Source of the DNA: a virus
Length of the DNA stretch: 64,000 nucleotides
IMG/VR virus record: IMGVR_UViG_3300043774_001004
Coordinates: 25,842-89,841 of that record
Strand: one strand, 5' to 3'
Shown one piece after another: positions 8,810-17,996 of this stretch. Under the pieces are notes generated by a model. The model saw only the letters and a program-made list of their open reading frames with translations. It did no database searches and was not told where the DNA came from. Each line of letters opens with the position of its first letter. Positions within the stretch are counted from its first letter, which is position 1. The translations under genes were made by a program, and so were the position numbers.

Positions 8810-9172
8810 ATGAAAAACTTTGGAGAATTTGTAAACGAGTCAAAAAAGAATCATAAGGCCAAATCAGTGAACGAGGCTAAGAAAGCTGATATCGAAAACA
8901 GCGTTGCCGATCTTTATGCTTTTGCAGGACCGAAGACTAAGTATGATGAAAGAATGGTTGAAAGATATGGCCAAGAAGTAGTTGATAAAGCTATAGAAAT
9001 GGCTCCAGCAATTATTGCATACCAGAAGAAGATAAAGGAAATGACCAAAGAGGTTAGCAAAAGCCCAGAGGGTAAAATGTTAATGAAAGTAATTTCTAAT
9101 GCTAAAGGGTATGGAGGTGAGCACTACACCGGCGTTACAGTCGGCGAATTATTTAATGTTTACTCAAGATAA
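8810..9172 (+). CDS. Putative internal head protein (capsid-targeting-like leader MKNFGEFVNE)
   Basis: Leader resembles T4 IP CTS; preceded by GATATATA. Confidence 0.55.
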   Translation: MKNFGEFVNESKKNHKAKSVNEAKKADIENSVADLYAFAGPKTKYDERMVERYGQEVVDKAIEMAPAIIAYQKKIKEMTKEVSKSPEGKMLMKVISNAKGYGGEHYTGVTVGELFNVYSR

Positions 9173-9191
9173 TAAAAATCAATAAAAGACA

Positions 9192-9509
9192 ATGATTAAG
9201 AAATTTGCAGAAAGAAACAATGTTGTAAATGAGGCTAAAATGCCAACTGTTTCTAAGGAACCCATATTCGAAAACAAAGTCATATCAGAAGAGGATGCTG
9301 CAAAGCAAGCTATACTGGATTCTTTGAAGGAGCTTCAAGATGAGTTTTCAGGTCATGTTGATGACGTTCTTGCCTATCTTGAAAGCACTATAGAGGACTA
9401 TGAAGAATATCTCAGCAAAGAGACATATAAACACGTAGATGACTTATTTACACATATTTCAGAAGCGCAAGTTTCCTTAGTCAAAGCAATTATTTCACTA
9501 AGAAAATAA
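9192..9509 (+). CDS. Acidic hypothetical protein with MIKKF..VNE leader
   Basis: 105-aa ORF. Confidence 0.5.
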   Translation: MIKKFAERNNVVNEAKMPTVSKEPIFENKVISEEDAAKQAILDSLKELQDEFSGHVDDVLAYLESTIEDYEEYLSKETYKHVDDLFTHISEAQVSLVKAIISLRK

Positions 9510-9518
9510 AACTATATC

Positions 9519-9544
9519 AGGCCGGTTTAATTACCGGCCTTTTT
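9519..9544 (+). terminator. Intrinsic terminator
   Basis: AGGCCGGT-TTAATT-ACCGGCCT-TTTT. Confidence 0.85.
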
Positions 9545-9549
9545 ATGTC

Positions 9550-9576
9550 TAAACTTTACTAAAGTATAACGTATAA
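9550..9576 (+). promoter_or_regulatory. Putative phage promoter TAAAC-N17-TATAA
   Basis: TAAAC 9550-9554, TATAA 9572-9576, directly after a terminator. Confidence 0.65.
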
Positions 9577-9588
9577 AAAAGAAAGAAC

Positions 9589-10038
9589 ATGTACTTAATA
9601 GATCTTTGGAACGATATTACAATTTGGTATAAGTATGCCAAGGTTACCAAGAGTAATCGAAAAAAGCTCGAAGAGAAAAAACTCAGAGTCGATTGGGCAG
9701 GTAGAATATACACTGTAGTCAATGTACCAGATGAGCTTAAAAATTATCCAAATATCGAGATGTGGGTTATGCAACAACTTGGCCCATATAATGATGTTCT
9801 TTTAGAACTCGGTATAGCAGACTATTCATTTCCTGAAGTTCAAAGAATTGAAGAGCCTGGTGTCGATGCCTATCTTGTTGTTATGTACCCTGAACTTAAT
9901 AGCATAAGCTTCTGGCGTATCATACTTGAGATTGCAAAATGGGCCGGAATTGTGATTGCAATTAAAATAGGTTACAGCATCTGTATAGAAAATAATGTTT
10001 TTACTAATATAGGAAATTTCTTCTCTAAATATGTCTGA
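9589..10038 (+). CDS. Hypothetical protein with C-terminal hydrophobic segment
   Basis: 149-aa ORF. Confidence 0.55.
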   Translation: MYLIDLWNDITIWYKYAKVTKSNRKKLEEKKLRVDWAGRIYTVVNVPDELKNYPNIEMWVMQQLGPYNDVLLELGIADYSFPEVQRIEEPGVDAYLVVMYPELNSISFWRIILEIAKWAGIVIAIKIGYSICIENNVFTNIGNFFSKYV

Positions 10039-10795
10039 TTATAATATAAAGCGAGTAAACCTATTAGGTAAAAGATTCTATGATGTCGAAGGTTGTGGTG
10101 TATTTCCAAGTGTAACGACAGTTTTGTCTTCTACTGGAGATAAATCTGGTCTTGAAAGATGGAGAAAGCGTGTCGGTGAAGATGAGGCCAAAAGAATAGG
10201 CGAAGAGGCAACCAGTAGGGGTACAGTGATGCATAAACACCTAGAGCTTTATCTAGGTGAAGATCTGACCAAAGATAAAACTGAACTTCTTGCTCTATCT
10301 AGCGAAAAAGCCAAGACAGACGATGAGATAAATCAGTTTAACGACAAGGCAAAAGATCTCGGTGAAGACCTGTTCATGAAGTTCTATAACCATGATGACT
10401 TTTTTCCTAGAGTACAAGAGACTATATTCCAAGAAAGGTTCTTATGGTTTAATCAAGGCGAATTTGGATATGCAGGAACTGTAGATAATTTTAGTCTCCT
10501 GAAATGTGGCAATAGAAAAGTGATTGACTTTAAAACAGCCAAGAAACCCAAGGATGAAGACTGGATAATGGACTATAAGTTACAGGTTTCGGCATATGCT
10601 ATTGCGATCTGGCAGAGAACTGGTATCAAGCCAGATGGTGGCGAAATCTGGATCGCTAATGAACTGACACCTGATCCTCAGCGTTTTGTTTTAGACTTTG
10701 ATGAAATTAGATTTTTCTTTAGTCTTTTCAAAGACAGATTAAAAAGATTTAACGAAATAAAGAAAAATGCAGAATTGCGCGGGGTCAATATATAA
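10031..10795 (+). CDS. PD-(D/E)XK exonuclease
   Basis: PSVTTVL, RGTVMH, AGTVD..VIDFKT, QVSAY. Confidence 0.85.
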   Translation: MSDYNIKRVNLLGKRFYDVEGCGVFPSVTTVLSSTGDKSGLERWRKRVGEDEAKRIGEEATSRGTVMHKHLELYLGEDLTKDKTELLALSSEKAKTDDEINQFNDKAKDLGEDLFMKFYNHDDFFPRVQETIFQERFLWFNQGEFGYAGTVDNFSLLKCGNRKVIDFKTAKKPKDEDWIMDYKLQVSAYAIAIWQRTGIKPDGGEIWIANELTPDPQRFVLDFDEIRFFFSLFKDRLKRFNEIKKNAELRGVNI

Positions 10796-10815
10796 ATAAA
10801 ATCAATATAGGACAG

Positions 10816-11031
10816 ATGGCAATCAAAAAATTTACACAGTTCATAGCTGAAAAACAAACAGATAAAGAGCTGAAGAAAAAAGCCGAAGAAGATCTGGGTC
10901 AAGTTGTTGATAAGTGCCCAAGATGTGGTGCATCCTTTCATGATTGTATCTGCCCGGAAATTGATTACTATAGTACTGTAAACATATACAGAACGCCTAA
11001 AGGCGAAGTTAAAAACGGAAAAAGCAAATAA
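10816..11031 (+). CDS. Small CxxC protein with CTS-like leader MAIKKFTQFIAE
   Basis: Leader ends FIAE like T4 IP CTS; CPRC..CIC. Confidence 0.55.
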   Translation: MAIKKFTQFIAEKQTDKELKKKAEEDLGQVVDKCPRCGASFHDCICPEIDYYSTVNIYRTPKGEVKNGKSK

Positions 11032-11033
11032 CA

Positions 11034-11312
11034 ATGATAAACACTCTTAAACAATGGTACTGGGCAATTACACTCGTATTTTGTGCCCTTTTATTTCTAG
11101 GTCAATGTAGCACAAGCAGAAAGATTGCTACACTTAAAAAAGAAAATGATGCACTTCAGGCTAAAGTTGATAGCCTACAGGCACCTTTAACCGAAAAGGA
11201 AACAAAGGATCTGGTACAAAACATCATGTTCGATTTTCTTATTTTTGAAGATGATCTTGATAAATCAAAAACAAGTCTCACTGATATAAAAACTAAAATC
11301 GAAAGAGACTAA
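11034..11312 (+). CDS. Membrane-anchored or lipoprotein coiled-coil protein (spanin-like?)
   Basis: Hydrophobic N-terminus ending LGQC, then coiled coil. Confidence 0.45.
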   Translation: MINTLKQWYWAITLVFCALLFLGQCSTSRKIATLKKENDALQAKVDSLQAPLTEKETKDLVQNIMFDFLIFEDDLDKSKTSLTDIKTKIERD

Positions 11313-12226
11313 TGTTTACACCCTTGACTATGATACCCTTTGTTGGAAGCTGGATTAAAAACCCATTTAGTAAAAATAACATAACAGGAACACTTGCAAT
11401 AGCTTTAGGCATTTTCATACTTCTGAATATGAAAAGCTGTAAAAAGAATGCCGAGCTAAAAGCTGAAATGGAGTTCCAAAAAAATGTTGCAACCAATAAT
11501 TACGACGCATTAAATGGCGAAGTTAAAACACTTAAGACCAAGAATGGCGAATTAGAGTATTCAAAGACAATACTTTATACAGACATGGAAGGTCTTAAGA
11601 ACCTGAATAGTAACTTATATGAAGAGTTAAAAAAGGAGAAAGGCAAAGTTAAAGTCATAACAGATGTCGAAACTGTAATTGAGTATGTGCCAGTAACTAT
11701 ACCAAATACTGTTACATCTTTTGGCTCAGGTAAATATGGCTTATCATTTACTTCAACCTATAGAGATTCTGGTCTTTACTCTCAAATAGAAGGTATCAGT
11801 AAGTTCAATATTAAAGATAACGTTGTTTCTCCTGATTCTACTTCAATAACTAAGAACTCTCTTAAGATAGATGTAATTTATGGTATGAGAGAGATCGATG
11901 ATAAAATTGAAGTATTTGCCAGAAGTGCATCACCACTGGTAAGTTTCAATGAAATACAGGGCGCTTATATCATGAATAAAGGTAACACTCTTTTACCGGA
12001 TGATAAGCCTGTTTCAAAACCAATTAAGTGGTTGTTAGGACCGCAGATTGGTTATAACTATAACTGGCCTGCTGAAAGGTCTAATGTACAAATACTTGCA
12101 AATCTACAAAGAAGAGCGGGTAAATTTACTCTAGGCTTCCAAACAGGTATAGTAAGAGGCATAGAAAGCCAGCAAACGGATTTGAGATTAGGTCTCAGAT
12201 TCCAATATAATTTATTTCAATGGTAA
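11312..12226 (+). CDS. Membrane-anchored protein with coiled coil and beta-rich C-terminus
   Basis: TM segment plus KSC; ends LRLGLRFQYNLFQW. Confidence 0.5.
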   Translation: MFTPLTMIPFVGSWIKNPFSKNNITGTLAIALGIFILLNMKSCKKNAELKAEMEFQKNVATNNYDALNGEVKTLKTKNGELEYSKTILYTDMEGLKNLNSNLYEELKKEKGKVKVITDVETVIEYVPVTIPNTVTSFGSGKYGLSFTSTYRDSGLYSQIEGISKFNIKDNVVSPDSTSITKNSLKIDVIYGMREIDDKIEVFARSASPLVSFNEIQGAYIMNKGNTLLPDDKPVSKPIKWLLGPQIGYNYNWPAERSNVQILANLQRRAGKFTLGFQTGIVRGIESQQTDLRLGLRFQYNLFQW

Positions 12227-12426
12227 AACTTCTTTCATTCAAAGATTTTGTAGCAGAAGCAACTATAGGTGGTCAAATGTCACCAAACATTAGCTTTGCT
12301 CCAAATCTTGCTTTTGCCCCAATGGCTGAAAATCCTCAGCCAGACCCAGGTGAACAAGATCATTTGAATATGCGAAACAGGATGAAGAAGAAAACCCCAA
12401 AAAAGAAGAAAAATGAAGAAGGATAA
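12220..12426 (+). CDS. Small protein with CTS-like leader MVKLLSFKDFVAE
   Basis: 68-aa ORF, basic C-terminus. Confidence 0.5.
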   Translation: MVKLLSFKDFVAEATIGGQMSPNISFAPNLAFAPMAENPQPDPGEQDHLNMRNRMKKKTPKKKKNEEG

Positions 12427-13099
12427 CGTAATAAAATACGGTATAATATCAGTATTTATCAGTCTATATCTGATCGTGTCGACGATCTCTATGATACACT
12501 CGATCGATTTCTTCGGTCTGTCTAATAGTAAAAGTATGGCATTAGCATTGGCTACTGCTTTTGAAATTGGACAAGTTGCTGCACTCTGTGGTATACTTAT
12601 TTTAGATAAAACAAACAGATTTGTAATCTGGTCACTTTTCTTGCTGTTGACGTCAATGCAGATCATGAGTAATGTTTATTTCTCATATAAATATCTGGGT
12701 GACTATTCAACATGGGCTGAACTGTTTGGCCTAGGCGAAGAAGAGCCTATATTCCAAAAGAGAATGTTGGCAATTATTTCAGGCGGTATATTACCAATAG
12801 TTGCTCTAGGTTTTATCAAATCTCTTGTTGATTATTTAAGACCTGCAGGTGAAGAGGAAGTAAAAGTAGATGCAGAGCCAAGAGAAGACAAAGTAGTTAC
12901 AATTACTGAAACTGAAGAAGAGCCTGAGATCCTAAGTGACAAATTTGATTCGACTATAAATATATCAGATGAGCTTGCTCCTGTTAAAGACGAGACTGTG
13001 AAAGAAGTCATGACTAGGAAAGTTGAAATGCCTAGAACACCTGGCCAATATAGAGATCCTATAACAGGCGGTGGAGCTATAAAAAACAAGGGAAAATAA
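12413..13099 (+). CDS. Multi-pass membrane protein (about 4 TM) with acidic tail
   Basis: Hydrophobic segments in the first 140 aa. Confidence 0.6.
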   Translation: MKKDNVIKYGIISVFISLYLIVSTISMIHSIDFFGLSNSKSMALALATAFEIGQVAALCGILILDKTNRFVIWSLFLLLTSMQIMSNVYFSYKYLGDYSTWAELFGLGEEEPIFQKRMLAIISGGILPIVALGFIKSLVDYLRPAGEEEVKVDAEPREDKVVTITETEEEPEILSDKFDSTINISDELAPVKDETVKEVMTRKVEMPRTPGQYRDPITGGGAIKNKGK

Positions 13100-13108
13100 T
13101 AAGAATGA

Positions 13109-13618
13109 ATGGCAATATGTAATGCTATTTCAGAATGTGGTTCAATATATGCTTCAGTTGAATGTTTAGCTGCAGTAGTACAGGGTGAGAGCTACCACTA
13201 TGAAATTCAACTCACTAATGCTGACGGTACCCCGTTAGATTTAACACTTTACGATGCTATCGTAATGAAATTATATGGTGAAGCCGTAGACATTACTTAT
13301 GAGAGTCTTTATTATGGTTACTGGGGATGGCCATTTCCTTTGAATAGCGAAATTCAGAATGAGCTTTATGTCTTACAAACAACTGAAGTGCCTTCAGGCA
13401 CTACTGTGCCGATTATAGTTAATGAAGGCATGATAGCATTTGATCTAGACTATGAGCTGACCAGATATTTCAATACTGGTAAATTATACGCAGAAATTAA
13501 ACTTAAACAACAAAATTCAGGCACTGGAGGATTCCTTGAGCAGCCTGTTTATACAACAATAACTTGCTTAAAAATAGGAAATGTGAAAGGTTCTAAAACC
13601 AGAGATTTCTTCTTCTAA
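13109..13618 (+). CDS. Virion adaptor-like beta protein (BppU-N-like)
   Basis: QGESY..IQLTNADGTPLDLT..GKLYAEIK pattern; directly upstream of the fibre gene. Confidence 0.45.
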   Translation: MAICNAISECGSIYASVECLAAVVQGESYHYEIQLTNADGTPLDLTLYDAIVMKLYGEAVDITYESLYYGYWGWPFPLNSEIQNELYVLQTTEVPSGTTVPIIVNEGMIAFDLDYELTRYFNTGKLYAEIKLKQQNSGTGGFLEQPVYTTITCLKIGNVKGSKTRDFFF

Positions 13619-13633
13619 ACAAAGAGACTAGGA

Positions 13634-16600
13634 ATGCCGATACCTTTAAATGAGCCACCACAGAGGATAACGAATGAACCGCCTACAGGGGTCATTAAGT
13701 TAACCAGAGAGCTTCAATTACTGAAGCCTGTGCTCACGTCTGATGGTGTCTTTACTGATAGAATTACTCTTAACAATACATTTCTTGTTCTTGACTGGAA
13801 TAACTGGCCTGAACTTGAATACGACGTCGTCGATGATCTTTATCAAATTAGAATAGGGGCATCAGGCACTAGTGGTACTGGTGGAATAGGAGCAGCTATC
13901 ACAATTTTAGACGAGGGTAATCCTGTTACAACTAATGTCAGCTCAATCAATTTTGTAGGTGATATAATTACAGCACAGTCCCTAGATCCTCTCGATCCAA
14001 CTGCAGTTACTGTAACTGTTACTACTCCTGCCCAAACCGAATTTTATTCATGTTCACCATGGCAGATTTTAAGTACAAACAATACTCCGGCACTTCTTTC
14101 TACAAATAACGGCCGTGCAAATCTTAACGATAATACACCGCAATTTGTCAACACTCTATATTTACATGTAGATGACTTTAACGGTACAGATCAGGCTACA
14201 TGGATAGATTCATGGCAGGACAGTGGAGCATATGGCTATATTAGTTTAACTGGTATTACAACTGGCGCATACCTAAATGGTTATGTCACTGGTACTTTCC
14301 CAGGCACTAACACAAGAGAGATATACATAAATGTACTTTCTTATAGTTCAACTGATTTTATAAATGGTGAAAAACTAGTTGTTTGTTTTACACAAAACGG
14401 TGCAAATGGTACATCTGGTTCAAGTGGTACATCAGGAACTAGCGGAGCAACATACGGCACCAGTGGCTCATCTGGTACTAGAGGCACTAGTGGTACCAGC
14501 GGTAAAGGTACATCTGGCTCATCAGGTTCATCTGGCTCATCGGGTTCAAGTGGTACTATAGGTACTTCAGGTACGTCTGGTACTACATTTGGATCTAGTG
14601 GTTTAGACGGTACAGCAGGTACAAGCGGTACTACTGGTATAGATGGTTCAAGCGGTACATCTGGTCAAAATGGTACCAGCGGATCATCCGGATCCTCAGG
14701 TTCATCAGGAACCAGCGGTGTTACAGGTTCATCAGGAACCAGCGGTGTTACAGGTTCATCAGGAACCAGCGGTGTTAATGGAACAAGTGGTATAGACGGT
14801 TCTAGTGGAACCAGTGGAGCTAATGGCACTAGAGGTACAAGTGGTACAAGTGGCAATACAGGTTCTAGTGGAACTAGTGGAGCTAATGGCACTAGAGGTA
14901 CAAGCGGTTTATCAGGAACGAGCGGTAATGATGGTTTAAATGGTTTACCGGGTACTTCAGGAACAAGTGGTTCAAGTGGCACTAGAGGGACATCTGGATT
15001 ATCAGGTTCAAATGGAACCAGTGGTGTAACAGGTTCGTCAGGAACAAGTGGTGTTAATGGTTCTTCAGGAACAAGTGGTGCCAATGGCACAAGTGGTTCA
15101 AGCGGCACTAGAGGAACATCTGGATCTTCAGGTTCATCGGGAACAAGTGGTGTAACAGGTTCATCAGGAACCAGTGGTGCCAATGGCTCATCAGGAACCA
15201 GTGGTGCCAATGGCTCATCAGGAACCAGTGGTGCCAATGGCACTAGAGGCTCATCTGGATCTTCAGGTTCATCAGGAACAAGTGGTAATACAGGTTCATC
15301 AGGAACAAGCGGTAATAATGGCTCAAATGGTACTAGAGGTTCAAGTGGCTCAAGCGGTACTAGTGGTGTAGGTACAAGTGGTACTTCAGGTAATAATGGC
15401 TCAAATGGTACTAGAGGCTCATCTGGCTCAAGTGGTACATCAGGTCCTGCAGGTTCTTCAGGTACAAGCGGTGCTGATGGTAATAATGGCTCAAATGGTA
15501 CTAGAGGTTCAAGTGGCTCAAGCGGTACTAGTGGTGTAGGTACAAGTGGTACTTCAGGTAATAATGGCTCAAATGGTACTAGAGGCTCATCTGGGTCAAG
15601 TGGTACATCAGGTCCTGCAGGTTCAAGCGGTACAAGCGGTGCTGATGGTAATAATGGCTCAAATGGTACTAGAGGTTCAAGTGGCTCAAGCGGTACTTCA
15701 GGTAATGATGGTTTAAATGGTACATCTGGTAGTAGCGGTTCGTCTGGAACTAGAGGTTCTTCAGGTACATCTGGTAGTAGCGGTTCGTCTGGCTCATCTG
15801 GCTCATCTGGCTCATCTGGTTCTTCAGGCACTTCAGGTACTAGAGGTACTTCAGGTACATCTGGACAAGACGGAGCAGCTGCACCGGGTTGCTATGAGTA
15901 TTTCTTAAAACTTAACGGTGCCACTGGAGGAAGCCCTTCAGCTCTGACTCCAGGTGAGGCATATCAAAACGTAGCAGCTGCTGCATCCATTACGGAATTT
16001 GCTATATACGAAATTGATGCTAACTCTCTAGATATTTCTTCTTTTCTAAATACTATAACAGCAGGTTGTACAATTACAGTAACTGGTCAGACAAGTGGAG
16101 CAACTCTTACTGCAACCATTGGTTCAGTAAACATCATATCAGGTACAATATATCGTTTTACAGGTTTAACTGTTATTGCATCTAGTGGTACTTTTATAAC
16201 AGCGAATGTCGGTACAGAATTAGCATGGGTTTGTTTCTCATGTGCCGGTACAAGCGGTAATAGCGGTACTTCAGGTACAAGTGCTGTAGGTACTTCGGGC
16301 ACATCAGGAGCTAATGGTCTTTCTTTAGTTACTACAACGACTGGAGGAGGTGTAGTAGAAGTTAGCCCAGGTTGTTTTCAAAATACGGGTGCTGCAGGTT
16401 TTGGTAACTATGTCTATAGCGACCAGGCCTACACAAATGCATATATTTCAGTTACTATATCAAATACTGGAGTATATGCAACAGGCTTAAGTACTAATCA
16501 AATACCCGTAGTTACATCACCTCCAGTAGCAGGTAATTATGACTATTGGATCTTCTTTGGTGCTGGAGGTACTGGTACAGCTTATGGCCCAGGTGGTGTT

Positions 16601-17959
16601 GTGTTAGCTAATTTTATAACACCTGGTTTCTTTTCAGCCGGTGATATTATAACAATCGTCTGGGATGGCTCACTTGCAACATATTATCAAAATGGTGTTG
16701 TAATAGCTACCACTACATTACCGCCTACAGGAGGAAACCCTCTATACGGTTCAACTGTTTTGAGCTCAACTGGTGACCAAGTATGTGACTTTATATTTGG
16801 ACCAGTCGGACAAGGAGGTACTGGTACATCCGGTACTTCAGGCACAACAGGTCCTACAGGTACATCTGGTACTTCAGGAAACAATGGTACATCTGGTACA
16901 AGTGGAGCTAATGGTACAAGCGGTACTTCAGGTTCAAATGGCACTGCAGGTACTTCAGGTTCTTCATCAATATGCCCATGTATCTGTGCAGAATGGGTTA
17001 TTAAACCTACAACAAATCCTGCAGCCGGTCAAGGAGTTCTAAATCCTACATTAGTTGCTACAGGTATTACAAGCATCAATCTACACAATACTGACGCTAA
17101 TTCTATAAACCAGGCGGCTTGGTTTGCTACATGGACCGGAGGCGGTAATTGGATAATGGTTGGTCAGTCAAGTGGAGCTACTGCAAGTGGCTTTACAACT
17201 AGTGTTAATACATCGCCTGGTGGTTTTACTGGCGTGTCACTCGGTGTTACAGTTGTTAGCGGTTCTGGAACTTTTACAGCAAATGAAACTATAACATTCT
17301 GCTTTGATCCAACAGGAGGTGGAGGAACAGGTACTTCAGGTACATCTGGAACTAGCCCCGGAGGAGGTGGCGGTACATCTGGTACTTCAGGATCATCTGG
17401 AACCAGAGGCACATCAGGTGTAAATGGAGCAACAGGTCCTGCAGGTACATCAGGAACATCAGGTGCCGGAGGAGGAAAAGCTATAACGCCAATAGCAGAA
17501 AGTTCATGTCAAATTACAGACAATAGTACAATTTACGTAGGCGACTCGAAGGCAGGATGGGCAGGCCCCGGCTGGGATGTTCAGCGTACAGGAGGCTTGA
17601 CGATCAGTATTAACAGTGCATGGTGTTTAATTAAAATACCAACAGAATTTACCGGCGGTGTTGATGCGTTTAAACTATGTGCTTCAGGTTATTGTGCTTC
17701 ATGTGACGATTCTGACAATATCGGCGCAGCCGTATGGATTGTAAGTTGTGCAGATCTTGAAGGTGCTACAACTGATATTGATCTTGTACTCTGGGACAAT
17801 TTTAGTACTAAGTATTATAGAAACGGAACTTTTTGTCTTACCGGATCAGATAAAGCCCCTAAGACAATTCCAGCATGTGATATGCTTCTTATAGGTTTTT
17901 ATTCTACTGGTGGTACATCCGATACCGTTAATATAACCTGGCGATTAGACGAGGTATAA
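13634..17959 (+). CDS. Collagen-like (Gly-Ser/Thr-Ser) virion fibre protein with repeated globular domains
   Basis: Long runs of G-X-Y triplets (GTS/GSS/GTR), interrupted by Cys-bracketed beta domains. Confidence 0.75.
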   Translation: MPIPLNEPPQRITNEPPTGVIKLTRELQLLKPVLTSDGVFTDRITLNNTFLVLDWNNWPELEYDVVDDLYQIRIGASGTSGTGGIGAAITILDEGNPVTTNVSSINFVGDIITAQSLDPLDPTAVTVTVTTPAQTEFYSCSPWQILSTNNTPALLSTNNGRANLNDNTPQFVNTLYLHVDDFNGTDQATWIDSWQDSGAYGYISLTGITTGAYLNGYVTGTFPGTNTREIYINVLSYSSTDFINGEKLVVCFTQNGANGTSGSSGTSGTSGATYGTSGSSGTRGTSGTSGKGTSGSSGSSGSSGSSGTIGTSGTSGTTFGSSGLDGTAGTSGTTGIDGSSGTSGQNGTSGSSGSSGSSGTSGVTGSSGTSGVTGSSGTSGVNGTSGIDGSSGTSGANGTRGTSGTSGNTGSSGTSGANGTRGTSGLSGTSGNDGLNGLPGTSGTSGSSGTRGTSGLSGSNGTSGVTGSSGTSGVNGSSGTSGANGTSGSSGTRGTSGSSGSSGTSGVTGSSGTSGANGSSGTSGANGSSGTSGANGTRGSSGSSGSSGTSGNTGSSGTSGNNGSNGTRGSSGSSGTSGVGTSGTSGNNGSNGTRGSSGSSGTSGPAGSSGTSGADGNNGSNGTRGSSGSSGTSGVGTSGTSGNNGSNGTRGSSGSSGTSGPAGSSGTSGADGNNGSNGTRGSSGSSGTSGNDGLNGTSGSSGSSGTRGSSGTSGSSGSSGSSGSSGSSGSSGTSGTRGTSGTSGQDGAAAPGCYEYFLKLNGATGGSPSALTPGEAYQNVAAAASITEFAIYEIDANSLDISSFLNTITAGCTITVTGQTSGATLTATIGSVNIISGTIYRFTGLTVIASSGTFITANVGTELAWVCFSCAGTSGNSGTSGTSAVGTSGTSGANGLSLVTTTTGGGVVEVSPGCFQNTGAAGFGNYVYSDQAYTNAYISVTISNTGVYATGLSTNQIPVVTSPPVAGNYDYWIFFGAGGTGTAYGPGGVVLANFITPGFFSAGDIITIVWDGSLATYYQNGVVIATTTLPPTGGNPLYGSTVLSSTGDQVCDFIFGPVGQGGTGTSGTSGTTGPTGTSGTSGNNGTSGTSGANGTSGTSGSNGTAGTSGSSSICPCICAEWVIKPTTNPAAGQGVLNPTLVATGITSINLHNTDANSINQAAWFATWTGGGNWIMVGQSSGATASGFTTSVNTSPGGFTGVSLGVTVVSGSGTFTANETITFCFDPTGGGGTGTSGTSGTSPGGGGGTSGTSGSSGTRGTSGVNGATGPAGTSGTSGAGGGKAITPIAESSCQITDNSTIYVGDSKAGWAGPGWDVQRTGGLTISINSAWCLIKIPTEFTGGVDAFKLCASGYCASCDDSDNIGAAVWIVSCADLEGATTDIDLVLWDNFSTKYYRNGTFCLTGSDKAPKTIPACDMLLIGFYSTGGTSDTVNITWRLDEV
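15311..15690 (+). repeat. 168-bp near-perfect tandem repeat (2 copies plus a partial) within the fibre gene
   Basis: GGTAATAATGGCTCAAATGGTACTAGAGGTTCAAGTGGCTCAAGCGGTACT starts at 15311, 15479 and 15647. Confidence 0.85.
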
Positions 17960-17983
17960 ACAATTTAATAGTCAGTTGTATAA
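17957..17983 (+). promoter_or_regulatory. Putative phage promoter TAAAC-N17-TATAA at the start of the glycosylation island
   Basis: TAAAC 17957-17961, TATAA 17979-17983. Confidence 0.65.
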
Positions 17984-17996
17984 TTACTAAAAAGTA

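Noticed and set aside
10031-10795. Cas4-like nuclease as a CRISPR component
   Set aside because: Lacks the four-Cys Fe-S pattern; an ordinary phage PD-(D/E)XK exonuclease with no array nearby.
13616-13645. TAAAC before the fibre gene (and at 52276) as further promoter copies
   Set aside because: No TATAA at the 17-nt spacing.
14665-15831. 388-aa minus-strand Pro/Glu/Val ORF and similar antisense ORFs in the fibre gene
   Set aside because: Shadow of the GGN-rich repeat on the + strand; no independent evidence.
14690-15860. Short direct repeats that might suggest a CRISPR array
   Set aside because: They are in-frame 9/27/168-nt coding repeats with no unique spacers and no cas operon.
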